Positions 50,077-60,415 of a stretch of DNA of 64,000 bases are shown piece after piece. This DNA comes from Candidatus Micrarchaeota archaeon (lineage in GTDB: Archaea > Iainarchaeota > Iainarchaeia > Iainarchaeales > JAGVWC01): positions 67,659 to 131,658 of the forward strand of contig JAZDJR010000018.1 of assembly GCA_043803815.1 (NCBI GenBank), read 5' to 3'. The number at the start of each line of letters is the position of its first letter. Position 1 is the stretch's first letter. The notes under the pieces are model-generated. The model had not been told where the DNA came from. It was given only the letters and a program-made list of their open reading frames with translations, and ran no database searches. Made by a program: the position numbers and the translations under genes.

Positions 50077-51111
50077 ATGAATCAAAAAGGGGTTTTTTTG
50101 ACTTTGATGGTTTTTTTGGTGGCGATTGTAGCGGTATCGCTTGCGGTTTCCAATTATAATCTGGAAAAACAGCGCGAGGTGTTTACGGCCGAACAGACCG
50201 CGTTTCAAAAAGTCAACGAGCAGTTTGAAAAAGTGGATTCGGAGTTCAAAAACCTTGCCGCGTTAAGCAAAAATGCGCGTTATCACAGCCGCTTGTTGCC
50301 GTTTGACTATAATTTTTCATCCGACGAAAAAACCCTGCGGATTTCCCAAAAGCTTCCGACCGCTCCATCCGAATTTTCGTCGTTTTACGATCTGCTGAAC
50401 ACCTATACTGTTTTGTGGTCCAATCCGCGCCTTAACACCGGAATCAAAACCGATTTTAATTTCGGCGATTTGAACAATTTGGACTGGGGCGGTTCCATAG
50501 AATTTCCGGATATCAATTACCGGATTTTGCCCGGCTGCGTTGTGTATTCGCTGGATTACAACAAGGAATCCCGCCAAAAAATCATGCGCTTCAAAAAAGG
50601 AACCGACGGAAAAGACCATTGTTCGTTTAGCTGGGCTCCGATAAAAAAAATTTCCGTCAAAGTAATCAGCCCGCTAAATCCCAGTATGGAAACGGGTGGC
50701 ATCTTGTGCGAAGGGGATTTTGATTTCGGCGCTGGCGCCTGCAGGACAACCCAGTTTACCGAAAACCCGGACAATCCGCCGTTTGTCGAATTCTCGTATC
50801 AGGGGCCGGCAAGTTCCAAATATGTTTCCGCGTTTTTGACCGGAACAACCCCGCCCGACACTCCTCCGCTAAGTTCGGTTTCGTTTTGGCCTGACGGAAT
50901 AAGCAGCGGAGACCGCTTGGTGTTTAGCGTCAATTCGGGAAGCGACGACTTATTAAAATTGAATCTGGGCCCCCAAACCGGTTCAAGCACATTTTTTGGA
51001 ATTGTTGAAATAACCTTTGACCGGCCGGTGGATTCGTTTGAACTGCAGGGGTATGGTTTTTCAGTTCAAAATCCGATTTTTGCGGTGTCGCGCCAAGCCT
51101 CCGAACGATAA
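50077..51111 (+). CDS. Minor pilin-like protein
   Basis: MNQKG/VFLTLMVFLV; ATG directly follows the upstream TGA. Confidence 0.75.
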   Translation: MNQKGVFLTLMVFLVAIVAVSLAVSNYNLEKQREVFTAEQTAFQKVNEQFEKVDSEFKNLAALSKNARYHSRLLPFDYNFSSDEKTLRISQKLPTAPSEFSSFYDLLNTYTVLWSNPRLNTGIKTDFNFGDLNNLDWGGSIEFPDINYRILPGCVVYSLDYNKESRQKIMRFKKGTDGKDHCSFSWAPIKKISVKVISPLNPSMETGGILCEGDFDFGAGACRTTQFTENPDNPPFVEFSYQGPASSKYVSAFLTGTTPPDTPPLSSVSFWPDGISSGDRLVFSVNSGSDDLLKLNLGPQTGSSTFFGIVEITFDRPVDSFELQGYGFSVQNPIFAVSRQASER

Positions 51112-51236
51112 ACATACCCAATCGCTTCAAGAGGGAATAGCGATAGCAGAGGGGAATAGGTTCCCAAAAGGGTTCTTTTTTGGTTTTTTCACCCCAAAGG
51201 ATTATTAAAAAAAACCCCCTAACTGTTACGAAAATC

Positions 51237-53336
51237 ATGGATTCCAAAGAAAAAAACGGCTTTTTAAGGCGTTTAATGCAAAAACTGGAACGCATTTGGC
51301 GGCCCAAAAAACCGAAAACCGAAAATCAGCCCGCTCCCGATTTGGCCTTTTCAGCCGACTCCAAAAGCGATTCGGTTTCTTCAGTAAACCAGCCCAATAC
51401 CGGCCAAAGCGAAAAAACAAAAGTTTTTTCCGATGCAAAAACACAACAAGCGGGCCATCTGCCAAAATCGTCCGTTCAACTCGAAGAATTTGTTCCAACG
51501 GAAAGCCCCGTAATTAAAGCCGCGTTTGCAAAAACCGAAGCGGCGGAACCAAAATTTTCGGCTGGAAACACCGAACCAAAACTCGGGCCCGCCAAATCGT
51601 CCGAAATTTTTGTTACTGCGCCGGTTTATGTCCAAGAGACTGAAAAGCCGGCCGAAAAAACGCCCGGCATTCAATCGTTGCCTCCCTACACCAAATTGGA
51701 CTGGACAAAGCCAGAAACCAAAAAAGATTCCGCTGAATCCGGCCGTGGTTTTTCCAAAATTTTGCTACGCAAAGAAAAAATCCGGCGAAAAAAGCGGAGA
51801 AAACACGCACACCCCACCGGTGATTTGTTGGCTGGAAAGGGAATTCCGCCGCTGGCCAAAATAAAAAAAACCAAATACAAAAAAAGAAAACTGTTCAAAA
51901 AAATAAAAGAAGAACTGGCCAAAAAAACCCGAGCCAAAAAAGTGGAACTTGGAAAAGCCGTTCGCCGGGCGGTTGCCGGCGCGGTGGTCCGCAGCCTAAA
52001 AAACCAAATCGAAAAAAATTTCAAACAAATAAAAATCAAGGCTTCCCGGATTCAAATGAACGCCAAAAACGTTTCGCAAACCAAAGGAATTGAAAAAGAA
52101 TCCGCCAAAACCCGGTCTTATTCGGCAGAAAAAACGCCGCAAAAAAAAGCCGAAAACGAATCGTTTTTCCGGCAAGAACAGGAAGAAAAAACAGCGCCGG
52201 AACCGCGGACCAAAAAAGGAAGCTTTCGCGACTTGCTTGAAAAAGAGCTGAATGAGCAGCTGCCAAAAACAAAACCGAAAGCAACGGAAGAAACCAAAAA
52301 TATTACGGAAAATATCACGAGAAACATCCGAACGGCGGAAACAATCGTTCCGATAAAAAAAGCCGAGCGGGGGCTTGGCGCACAAACCGCGGACCGAAAG
52401 CAGGAAAGGGAAACCAAAACGAATAATGATTCCCGGCCCGATTTTGATGCTGCATCAGAATTTTCCGCCAAGAAAAATGTAAATTGGAAAACCGGCGAAA
52501 TGGAGGAAACCGGCGATTTAAAGCGGCAGATTTTGCGGGAACTGCAAAAACAAAAAACCAAAAGCGGGTTTAACGAACCGTATGAAAACCGGCCGATGCC
52601 ACCACCCGAAACCAAAATTGTTTATGTGCCGCAACCCCAAGCCGCGCCAGCAACCGCATCTTCGGAAAAAAACACGCCCGGCCAATCCGGACCGTTTGTT
52701 TGGCCCCAAGCCGCCGCTACGGCTCCAAGGGCCGCACCCAATACCGCAGAAGTTCAGTCGGTTCTGAAGGAATTGCGCGGCGCCCTGCAAAAAAAAGCCG
52801 AAGAAGGCAATGCCTCAATTTCAAGCGAACAATTAAACGAGTTTGAAGGGCGAATCAGCAAGCTTTTGGGGGAACGGACGGTATCCAAACAAAATGTAAT
52901 GGAAGGAATCGCGGCAATCGATTCCAACCGCGTTATCGAGGGATTTACGCGTTTATCCGAAATTCTGGAGCGTGAATTGCACAAAGACCGGATTATCAGC
53001 GCGGAAGACGAACAGCTCAGGCTGGCGGACTTGATTACCAATAAAAAAGACAAAAAGCGCCTCGTGGGAACCGAAAAAACGCTTGAAAAGAAAGAATTAA
53101 TTACCGATTTTGACAAAATATTGGAGATTGTCCGCCAAAAAGGACAGGTAAAGCTCAGCGAACTGACCGTTCTCCTTAAAATGGACAAAATCGCAGTTAA
53201 GGAAGCGTGCGACATTTTGGAGGAAAACAACCTGGTGCGAATCGATTTTCCGCCGATTGGCGAACCGCGCGTGGTCGACGTGAACTTTGAAAAGCAAAAA
53301 AACAAAAAAACCGGAAAAGAGAAAGGAACATGGTAA
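51237..53336 (+). CDS. Large low-complexity charged protein with C-terminal wHTH
   Basis: Lys/Arg-rich and Pro/Ala-rich disordered regions; TDFDKILEIV..G.V.LSEL..ILEENNLVRIDFP; overlaps the ATPase start. Confidence 0.7.
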   Translation: MDSKEKNGFLRRLMQKLERIWRPKKPKTENQPAPDLAFSADSKSDSVSSVNQPNTGQSEKTKVFSDAKTQQAGHLPKSSVQLEEFVPTESPVIKAAFAKTEAAEPKFSAGNTEPKLGPAKSSEIFVTAPVYVQETEKPAEKTPGIQSLPPYTKLDWTKPETKKDSAESGRGFSKILLRKEKIRRKKRRKHAHPTGDLLAGKGIPPLAKIKKTKYKKRKLFKKIKEELAKKTRAKKVELGKAVRRAVAGAVVRSLKNQIEKNFKQIKIKASRIQMNAKNVSQTKGIEKESAKTRSYSAEKTPQKKAENESFFRQEQEEKTAPEPRTKKGSFRDLLEKELNEQLPKTKPKATEETKNITENITRNIRTAETIVPIKKAERGLGAQTADRKQERETKTNNDSRPDFDAASEFSAKKNVNWKTGEMEETGDLKRQILRELQKQKTKSGFNEPYENRPMPPPETKIVYVPQPQAAPATASSEKNTPGQSGPFVWPQAAATAPRAAPNTAEVQSVLKELRGALQKKAEEGNASISSEQLNEFEGRISKLLGERTVSKQNVMEGIAAIDSNRVIEGFTRLSEILERELHKDRIISAEDEQLRLADLITNKKDKKRLVGTEKTLEKKELITDFDKILEIVRQKGQVKLSELTVLLKMDKIAVKEACDILEENNLVRIDFPPIGEPRVVDVNFEKQKNKKTGKEKGTW

Positions 53337-56300
53337 ACGAAACCGAAAACGTGAACGCCATTGAAATTATCCGCAAAATGATTGCGGCCGGAGCCGACGA
53401 CGCGGCTATTCTGCGCAACCTGCACGATTTGGGAATAACGGACGAAACCGCGAACCAAATGCTCAAAGCAAGCCGAACCAAAGAAACCGGTTCGGTTAGG
53501 ACGGTTCTCAGCAAGCCTGAAATCGTGATTGAAACGTATCAGCTCAAAAGCGAAGGTATGAATGTTGAAATCAACATTATCCAAAGCACCCACGGTTTTG
53601 TCCTGGAATACGCGCTCAATCTTCCCGAATACGGCAGCGGAACACGCGCCCTGCTGAACAACCTCAAAAACTCGATTATCAGCGACGCGTCCATCCGGAC
53701 CGAAAAAATGCTCGACCCCAAATTCATCGCCGATTTAAAGGAAAAATTCGGAAGCCGCGCACGCCAGATTCTGGACCACGAACTGCCCCACGCGGAAAAC
53801 GAAACCAAAAACATGCTCGTGCACGTGCTATTGCAGGAAATGCTCGGCCTTGGCAAAATCGAATTTTTGCTCGCCGATTCCAACCTCGAAGAAATCGTGA
53901 TTAATTCCGCCGCCGAACCCATCTGGGTGTACAGCAAAAAATACGGATGGCTCAAAACCAATATTTTTTTGGGAAGCGAAGAGGACATCCAAAACTTTTC
54001 AAGCATTATCGCGCGCCGCGTCGGAAAACAAATCACCACCTTAAACCCTATCTTGGACGCGCACCTGATTACGGGGGACCGCGCCAACGCGACCCTGTTT
54101 CCGATTTCCAGCCGCGGAAACACGATTACGATCCGCCGCTTTCGAAGAGACCCCTGGACAGTAACCGATTTCATCAATTCAAAAACCGTAAACGCGGAAA
54201 TCATGGCCTTGGTCTGGCTGGCAATGCAATACGAAATGAACGTCATCGTAAGCGGCGGGACGGCGAGCGGAAAAACTTCGATGATGAATGTCATGCTGCC
54301 GTTTATCCAGCCGAATCACCGCATCCTGACCATTGAAGACAGTGTTTCGGGAGAAAGCGAAATCGTTTTTGAACAAGACGGCAAAACAATCAAAACAACC
54401 GTTGGAGAATTAATTGGCGGTTTAATCGGCAATAATTTCATTAATGATTGTTCAATTCCAAATAAACACGGCATTCAAATATTATCCGTAAGAAAAGATG
54501 GTGTTGTAGAATGGAAAAAACCAAGCCGTTTTATTCGACATTGGGTAAAAAAAGACTTGATTGAAATAACAACGCAAAACGGCTGCAAAATCAAAGTAAC
54601 GCCCGATCATTCCATTTTTACGAAAAATTCCAACGGAAAACTCGTTGCAATTAATGCGAAGGAATTCAAAATCGGAACTCCAATTGCGATTCTTGAACCC
54701 AGCAACACGGGTGCTTTTGTAAATCAAAAAATGAATAAAAACCAAAGCACGGTTTTATTGCAACATCAGAAAACAAGGATACTATTTGATTTTATTCAAA
54801 AAATAAACCGAAAACCGTTCGAAGGATTTGTATACGATTTTAGCGTTCCTCAAAACGAAAGTTTTGTGGCTAATAATGTGGTTTGCCATAACACGCGCGA
54901 ATTGCAATTGCCCGAATTTCTGCACTGGGTGCCGTTGACCACGCGCGAACCCAACGCCGAGGGAAAAGGCGGGGTTTGTCTATATCCAGGAAATTGGTTT
55001 TTGCTTGGAAATGGAGAACTGCGACAAATTGACGAGTACGCTAAAGAATCTCTTCAAAGTAGGCCTTTTGAATATGTTGAAAGTAACGTGCTATCCTGTT
55101 CGGGAAACCAAGATACGGTAGTAGCCGGAGACCCTACTTGCTTTACTTATCAAACAGAGCCCATTTCAATTGTTTCAAAAGTTACCGAGCGTAAATTCAT
55201 TTGCACGGTCCATTGCGAAAATGGAGAAACGGTATCACTGACCGAAAATACCAAACTACCGGTAATCGGGGAAAACGGAAAAATCGAACTTCTTGTTCCA
55301 GCCGATATCCAAAAAGGAAAATATTACTTGCCCGCTTTCAAAAAAATCGGCTTGGAATTGCCGATTCAATCTGTTGACCTGGGTGAAATCTTTAATCAAC
55401 CAAAATTCTATGCTGTCGGGGTAAAGAAAATTTTACTGGCGCTTTTGGCGGAAGCAAAAGAAAGAGGCCAAACAAAAAAAGAAATAACAAAAAAAATGGG
55501 GTATAAACACCAGGTTCTTCAATGGTATTTAAAACGAGACATTGTTCCGGTTCCATTATTGCTGCAATTGGCCGAACAGAGCCAAATTCTTGGCAAATCG
55601 CAAATTAGCGGTCAAATCGTAAAAATCAAGGCTGCCGGCCGCTCCTCTCCAGTTGTTTTTATTCCAAGCGTGATAGATGACGAATTGGCCTATTTGGCCG
55701 GTTTTTTGCTGGCAGAAAAATGCGTGCGGCCTAACGGCGTTTTTTTCAGCCAAAAAGAAGAATTGCCATACGTAAAAAAAATTATAAAGGAAAAATTCGG
55801 ACTAGACACATACCACAGCATATTCAAAACCCAATATGGGAAATACAATAATTATGGCATCCTATCAAAACCCGTTACGCATTTTTTGCAGAGCGTTTTT
55901 GGCCTTCCAAAATCCAAACAAGTTCGGGTCCCCAAAATAATTATGCGAAGTCCCGACTCGGTAATTGCCGCGTTTTTGGCGGGTTTTATTGATGGCGATG
56001 GAAGCGTCGGAAAAGGACGAATATCGCTGGCTGCTCCCACCCAGGAAGCAGCGATAGAATTCAAATACCTTCTAACACGTTTAGGAATTTGGAGCAAAAT
56101 AGCCAAGGGTTCAAAAGTATTTAATGTAACTGTGGCGCGGCGGGAAAGTCTTCAAGAGGCCGCCAAATCAATTCCGTTTAAACGACCAAAAAACAAGGCA
56201 GACGCTGAAACAATTCTGAAAACGCCATATAATCACGCTACCAAAGAAGGGCTCATTCCCGCTTTATTGCTGCGAAACCATTTGCAGCACCTGCAAAAAA

Positions 56301-57202
56301 TTTCTACAAAAGAAAAATTTCGGCATTACTATCATTCGCTGTACAACCAAACCGCCATGCCCAAAAAATACCTCCAGGAACAACTGGGACTGGCAAAAAT
56401 TAATGAAGAAGATTTAAAAGCCGCCGAATTATTGCTGCGTGAAGATTTGGAATTTGTCAAAATTACCGGTGTTGAAATTAAACCCAATACCGAAAATATT
56501 CCAACTTATGATGTGACTCCGGCCAAATCGACTTATTTTATTGCCGGAACCCATAATTTGACCTTGGTAATGGATACGATGCTTGATTTATTGGTCAACA
56601 GCCTGCGCATGCGCCCCGACCGAATCATTGTCGGTGAAACGCGCCGCCAGGCCGAAGCCGAAGTCATGTTTGAAGGAATGCACACCGGCCACTCGGTTTA
56701 TTCCACGTTCCATGCCAACACCGCGGACGAAACCATCCGCCGGTTCATCAACGCGCCCATCAATATTTCTCCGACCATGCTGGATGCCGTGCACCTGAAT
56801 TTGGTGATGTTCCGGAACCGGCGGCTTGGGGTGCGGCGCATGCTGCAAATCGCCGAATTTATTCCAGAAAAGCGGGGCGGGGAAGAAGTCATTCATGCCA
56901 ATGTTTTGTACCGCTGGCGCGCGAGTTCGGATGAAATCGTCCGCAATTCCGAAAGCATCCGCTTTGCCGACGAACTGACCCTGCATACGGGAATGAGCGG
57001 ACAGGAAATCAGCGAAGACCTGCAAAACAAGCAAAAAATACTGGAATGGATGGTCAAAAAAAACATTCACGACGTTCAGGACGTGGGCCACGCGATGGCG
57101 GAATATTATCTTGACGAAAGCACAGTGTTGGACTGGGTAGCCAAGGACCAATTGCCCGAGTTTTTGCAGGGCAAGCGAATTTCCAAAGAGGAAAACCAAT
57201 GA
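53330..57202 (+). CDS. Type IV pilus/type II secretion ATPase (TadA/CpaF/FlaI family) containing two inteins
   Basis: EEIVIN, GDRANAT, Walker A GGTASGKT, IED/TREL, LRMRPDRIIVGE, TGH..STFHA; predicted spliced product 573 aa. Confidence 0.93.
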   Translation: MVNETENVNAIEIIRKMIAAGADDAAILRNLHDLGITDETANQMLKASRTKETGSVRTVLSKPEIVIETYQLKSEGMNVEINIIQSTHGFVLEYALNLPEYGSGTRALLNNLKNSIISDASIRTEKMLDPKFIADLKEKFGSRARQILDHELPHAENETKNMLVHVLLQEMLGLGKIEFLLADSNLEEIVINSAAEPIWVYSKKYGWLKTNIFLGSEEDIQNFSSIIARRVGKQITTLNPILDAHLITGDRANATLFPISSRGNTITIRRFRRDPWTVTDFINSKTVNAEIMALVWLAMQYEMNVIVSGGTASGKTSMMNVMLPFIQPNHRILTIEDSVSGESEIVFEQDGKTIKTTVGELIGGLIGNNFINDCSIPNKHGIQILSVRKDGVVEWKKPSRFIRHWVKKDLIEITTQNGCKIKVTPDHSIFTKNSNGKLVAINAKEFKIGTPIAILEPSNTGAFVNQKMNKNQSTVLLQHQKTRILFDFIQKINRKPFEGFVYDFSVPQNESFVANNVVCHNTRELQLPEFLHWVPLTTREPNAEGKGGVCLYPGNWFLLGNGELRQIDEYAKESLQSRPFEYVESNVLSCSGNQDTVVAGDPTCFTYQTEPISIVSKVTERKFICTVHCENGETVSLTENTKLPVIGENGKIELLVPADIQKGKYYLPAFKKIGLELPIQSVDLGEIFNQPKFYAVGVKKILLALLAEAKERGQTKKEITKKMGYKHQVLQWYLKRDIVPVPLLLQLAEQSQILGKSQISGQIVKIKAAGRSSPVVFIPSVIDDELAYLAGFLLAEKCVRPNGVFFSQKEELPYVKKIIKEKFGLDTYHSIFKTQYGKYNNYGILSKPVTHFLQSVFGLPKSKQVRVPKIIMRSPDSVIAAFLAGFIDGDGSVGKGRISLAAPTQEAAIEFKYLLTRLGIWSKIAKGSKVFNVTVARRESLQEAAKSIPFKRPKNKADAETILKTPYNHATKEGLIPALLLRNHLQHLQKISTKEKFRHYYHSLYNQTAMPKKYLQEQLGLAKINEEDLKAAELLLREDLEFVKITGVEIKPNTENIPTYDVTPAKSTYFIAGTHNLTLVMDTMLDLLVNSLRMRPDRIIVGETRRQAEAEVMFEGMHTGHSVYSTFHANTADETIRRFINAPINISPTMLDAVHLNLVMFRNRRLGVRRMLQIAEFIPEKRGGEEVIHANVLYRWRASSDEIVRNSESIRFADELTLHTGMSGQEISEDLQNKQKILEWMVKKNIHDVQDVGHAMAEYYLDESTVLDWVAKDQLPEFLQGKRISKEENQ
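54341..54892 (+). mobile_element. Mini-intein (184 aa, no endonuclease)
   Basis: IED|SVSGESEI start, block B VTPDH, block F VYDFSV, end VVCHN|T; AT-richer DNA. Confidence 0.9.
54977..56575 (+). mobile_element. Intein with LAGLIDADG endonuclease (533 aa) and atypical C-terminal Asp
   Basis: GKGGV|CLYPG start; LAYLAGFLLAE and FLAGFIDGDG; TYDVTP block F; end LVMD|TMLDLL; removal restores GKGGVTMLDLLVNSLRMRPD. Confidence 0.85.
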
Positions 57203-58128
57203 GCCCGGAATTCCAATTGATGCGAAAACGGGTGCACAAAAAAACCGTGATTCCGCTAAGCCCGTTTCCCGTCAACATGCTCAAGGGCATTATCCCTTTT
57301 TTTATCGGTTTTGGCGCGGGCTTGGCCAAGGCCATGCCCAACCTGAAAACCGAACTGGAACAGGCCGAAATCGAACTGGACGCGGAAGAATACTCGGCTA
57401 TTATGCTGTTTTTGGCCTTGTTTTATTTTGCCGCGTTTACGATTTTGGGGGTTTTGTTCGGATTAAAGCTTTTTCCGGACACGATGTGGACAACCGCCCC
57501 GATTATCGGTTTTTTTGCCGCCTTAATGGTGCTGATTCAAATCATTGCTTATCCGCATGTTTTAATCAAAAAAAAAATACGGGATTTGGAGCAAAACCTT
57601 ATTTTTGGGCTGCGCACGATTACGGTGCAAATCCGCTCCGGCGTCAGCCTGTTTGACGGATTGTCCCTGATTGCGGACGGCAATTACGGCCAGTTAAGCA
57701 CAGAATTTCAAAAAATCGTGGACGAAATCAATACCGGGATACGGGACGAAGATGCCTTGCAGCGCTCGGCCCTGCGAAATCCCTCTTTGTTTTATCGCCG
57801 CGCAATCTGGCAAATCGTCAACGGCATGAAAGCCGGCGCGGACATTACCGCGGTGCTAAGCGAACTCGTGCATTCCATGACCAAAGAACAGGTCATTCAA
57901 ATCAAAAAATACGGGGCATCGCTCAAAATGCTTTCTCTGGTGTACATGATGCTGGGAGTCATTATTCCCGCCTTGGGACTGACGTTTATCATCGTTTTGT
58001 CCACGTTTCCCCAAATTCCGATTTCCCAAATGCTGCTATGGGGGTTTTTGGGTTTTTTGATTCTGGCGCAGTTCATGTTTGTCGGATTGTTAAAAAGCAG
58101 GCGGCCGTCCCTGTTGGCCAGCGACTGA
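57199..58128 (+). CDS. Type II secretion F-domain membrane platform protein (TadB/TadC-like)
   Basis: IRSGVSL..YGQLSTEF..IWQIVNGMKAG; multiple TM helices. Confidence 0.88.
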   Translation: MSPEFQLMRKRVHKKTVIPLSPFPVNMLKGIIPFFIGFGAGLAKAMPNLKTELEQAEIELDAEEYSAIMLFLALFYFAAFTILGVLFGLKLFPDTMWTTAPIIGFFAALMVLIQIIAYPHVLIKKKIRDLEQNLIFGLRTITVQIRSGVSLFDGLSLIADGNYGQLSTEFQKIVDEINTGIRDEDALQRSALRNPSLFYRRAIWQIVNGMKAGADITAVLSELVHSMTKEQVIQIKKYGASLKMLSLVYMMLGVIIPALGLTFIIVLSTFPQIPISQMLLWGFLGFLILAQFMFVGLLKSRRPSLLASD

Positions 58129-58139
58129 AGGAAAGCAAA

Positions 58140-59144
58140 ATGGTATACCAAAGAATCGCAGCATTTGTTCCCAAGGGTTTTGCCGACAACATCCGCGGCT
58201 CGCTTAGCTACTTAAACATCAATATCGACGAGCGAAAATTTTTGGGGTTTTTGGTTGCCTACGGCTTTGCCATGGGAATCGCCGTTGCCTTATTGCTCAT
58301 GGTTTTTTTGGAACTGCCGTTTTTAATCGGATTTTTTGGCGCGTTTATCGTTTTTGTCGGCGGAGTTTACGTTTACCTTGGAATGGCCGCGGAAAGCAAA
58401 GGCCGAATCGTTGAAAAAGTTTTGCCCGACGCCCTGCAATTGATTGCATCCAACATCAAAAGCGGACTGACCACGGAGCGCGCCTTGTTCACTTCCGCGC
58501 GCCCCGAATTCGGGCCTTTGGAATTCGAATTAAAGCGCGCTTCCAAAGAAATCGTCGCCGGTTCAAGCGTGGACAAAGCATTGCTTGCCATGGGCGGACG
58601 AATCAAATCAACCACGTTTGAACGAACCGTCTGGCTCATTGCCAAAGGAATCCGTTCCGGCGGGCAAATCTCCGACTTATTAATCCAGTTATCCGATGAC
58701 CTGCGCGAACAACAGGCGGTTCAAGGAGAAAACCAGGCCGAAACCAGCATGTATATCATGCTTATTTTCATTGCCGCGGCCTTCGGAGCCCCGATTTTAT
58801 TCGGAGTATCCAGTTTTATTGTCAGCATTTTAACCAAGCAGCTCGCCAACCTGCCGACCATTGAAGTGCCCTCCGGCGCGGCTCTTCCAAGCCAATTAAA
58901 CCCCTTAATGCAAATGGCCCAAAAACGCGAAATCGTGATAACCCCCGAATTTGTGCTCGTCTTTTCGATTGCCGCCATGTTTGTAACCGCGTTTTTTGCC
59001 GCCATGACCATCGGCGTAATCAACACCGGCAAAGCCAAGCAAGGCTGGAAATTCATGCCATTGATTTTCATCATCGGCCTGTTCTTATTTTACGCCATCC
59101 GATTCGGGCTGCAAAGCGTGTTCGGCGGACTGCTGGGCACCTAA
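58140..59144 (+). CDS. Second type II secretion F-domain protein (TadC-like)
   Basis: LPDALQLIASNIKSGLT, ARPEFGPL, SGGQISDLL. Confidence 0.88.
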   Translation: MVYQRIAAFVPKGFADNIRGSLSYLNINIDERKFLGFLVAYGFAMGIAVALLLMVFLELPFLIGFFGAFIVFVGGVYVYLGMAAESKGRIVEKVLPDALQLIASNIKSGLTTERALFTSARPEFGPLEFELKRASKEIVAGSSVDKALLAMGGRIKSTTFERTVWLIAKGIRSGGQISDLLIQLSDDLREQQAVQGENQAETSMYIMLIFIAAAFGAPILFGVSSFIVSILTKQLANLPTIEVPSGAALPSQLNPLMQMAQKREIVITPEFVLVFSIAAMFVTAFFAAMTIGVINTGKAKQGWKFMPLIFIIGLFLFYAIRFGLQSVFGGLLGT

Positions 59145-59174
59145 AACTGCCAAAAGAATTCCCAAAAAAACAGG

Positions 59175-59360
59175 TTATTGTTTGGCTTTTGTTTTTCCAA
59201 AATACTTGGCGTGCTGTTTGGCCCAAACCGCATTAGGGGTTTTTTTGAGCCAGTTGGCATATTGGTCAACGAATTGCAGGCGCTGCCTGCGATTGGATTC
59301 CATTTCTTCTTTTAACTCTTTTAAATCTTTTTTGGTCATTTTCAATACGGTTTTTTCCAT
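59175..59360 (-). CDS. Small basic hypothetical protein coupled to the nucleotidyltransferase
   Basis: Overlaps the 3' end of the upstream gene; RLQFVDQYANWLK..WAKQH. Confidence 0.6.
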   Translation of the reverse strand: MEKTVLKMTKKDLKELKEEMESNRRQRLQFVDQYANWLKKTPNAVWAKQHAKYFGKTKAKQ

Positions 59361-59956
59361 AAAATCCGCTCCGCCTGTTTTTCAACCCGCAATTCCGAAA
59401 TATGGCTTTTTAACAAATCCATATTCAAATAGTCTTTAAAAACATTAAAAAGGTGACGGCAATCCTCGAAATCCTTATCCGAACCCAAACTTAATTTGAA
59501 GGCGATTTGAAGCTCCAATTCGGAAACCATCAAAGGTTCCTTGTTCAATACGACTTCAATCTTGTTTTCCAATGAATATCGGTTATACTTGCTTTTAGGA
59601 AATTTCAGCTCGAAATTGGGTTCAAACGAGCCTTTTTCGGCGAACAGAATTGCGAGTTTTTCATTCAAATAATCTTCAAACGCTTCTTTGGCGTTTTCCG
59701 CATTAATGCATTCAAAACCAGATTCATTCAGCGCGTTCCAAAGCGATTCAAACTTTGCAAAATCAAGTTCTTCAATGAACAAGTCCACGTCTTCGGTGTT
59801 GCGGCTGCGTCCAAACAAAATCGCGACATACCCTGAAATAATGACGTATTCGACTTTTTGCTTTTCCAAAACCTTGACAAATTTTAAGACGAGTCGGTCC
59901 AATTCCGACAAGGGGCGATTAAACACGATTTTGCGTTTGGAAAACGTAAATTCCAT
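59342..59956 (-). CDS. Nucleotidyltransferase (DUF6036/AbiEii-like)
   Basis: YVIISGYVAILFGRSRNTEDVDL and FKLSLGSDKDFED. Confidence 0.75.
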   Translation of the reverse strand: MEFTFSKRKIVFNRPLSELDRLVLKFVKVLEKQKVEYVIISGYVAILFGRSRNTEDVDLFIEELDFAKFESLWNALNESGFECINAENAKEAFEDYLNEKLAILFAEKGSFEPNFELKFPKSKYNRYSLENKIEVVLNKEPLMVSELELQIAFKLSLGSDKDFEDCRHLFNVFKDYLNMDLLKSHISELRVEKQAERILWKKPY

Positions 59957-60115
59957 AGGTAAACCGGGCAAAAAGAGGATAAAAAAAGATGGGAGCCGCA
60001 TTGCCGGTCAAAAAGCGGGTCTTACGCTTGGCTTTGACAAAAAAGAAAAAAGCAATTCCAAACCGCAAACCTTAAAAATTACTTGGTATTACATAGTACT
60101 ACGATGGCGATTGGA

Positions 60116-60415
60116 ATGGAGAGCGTGAGTTTGAAATTGGAAACGGGTTTGGCCAAGCAAATCGAAAAGGATATCAGGGAGTTTCATTTTTCCACCAAAA
60201 CCGAGTTTATCCGCGAAGCGATTCGCGAGAAAGTAAAAACGAATGAAGAGGCGCGAAGAAAAAAAGAGTGGGACGCGCTGCTTGCGGCGCGGGGTGCGTT
60301 GAAAGGAACGGGAAAATTTAAGACCGAAAAAGAATGGCATGACTGGCGAACCGGTCCGGGAAGCCGTGAAATGCTTGAATATTACGAAAAAAAATTTGGG
60401 GTTACTCAAAAATAG
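60116..60415 (+). CDS. Ribbon-helix-helix (CopG-type) antitoxin
   Basis: ESVSLKL..IEK..FSTKTEFIREAIREK; GTATTAC-ATA-GTACTAC repeat upstream. Confidence 0.8.
   Translation: MESVSLKLETGLAKQIEKDIREFHFSTKTEFIREAIREKVKTNEEARRKKEWDALLAARGALKGTGKFKTEKEWHDWRTGPGSREMLEYYEKKFGVTQK

Noticed and set aside
53330-59144. Archaellum operon
   Set aside because: No archaellin, FlaH or FlaF/G; two separate TadB/C-like genes fit a pilus
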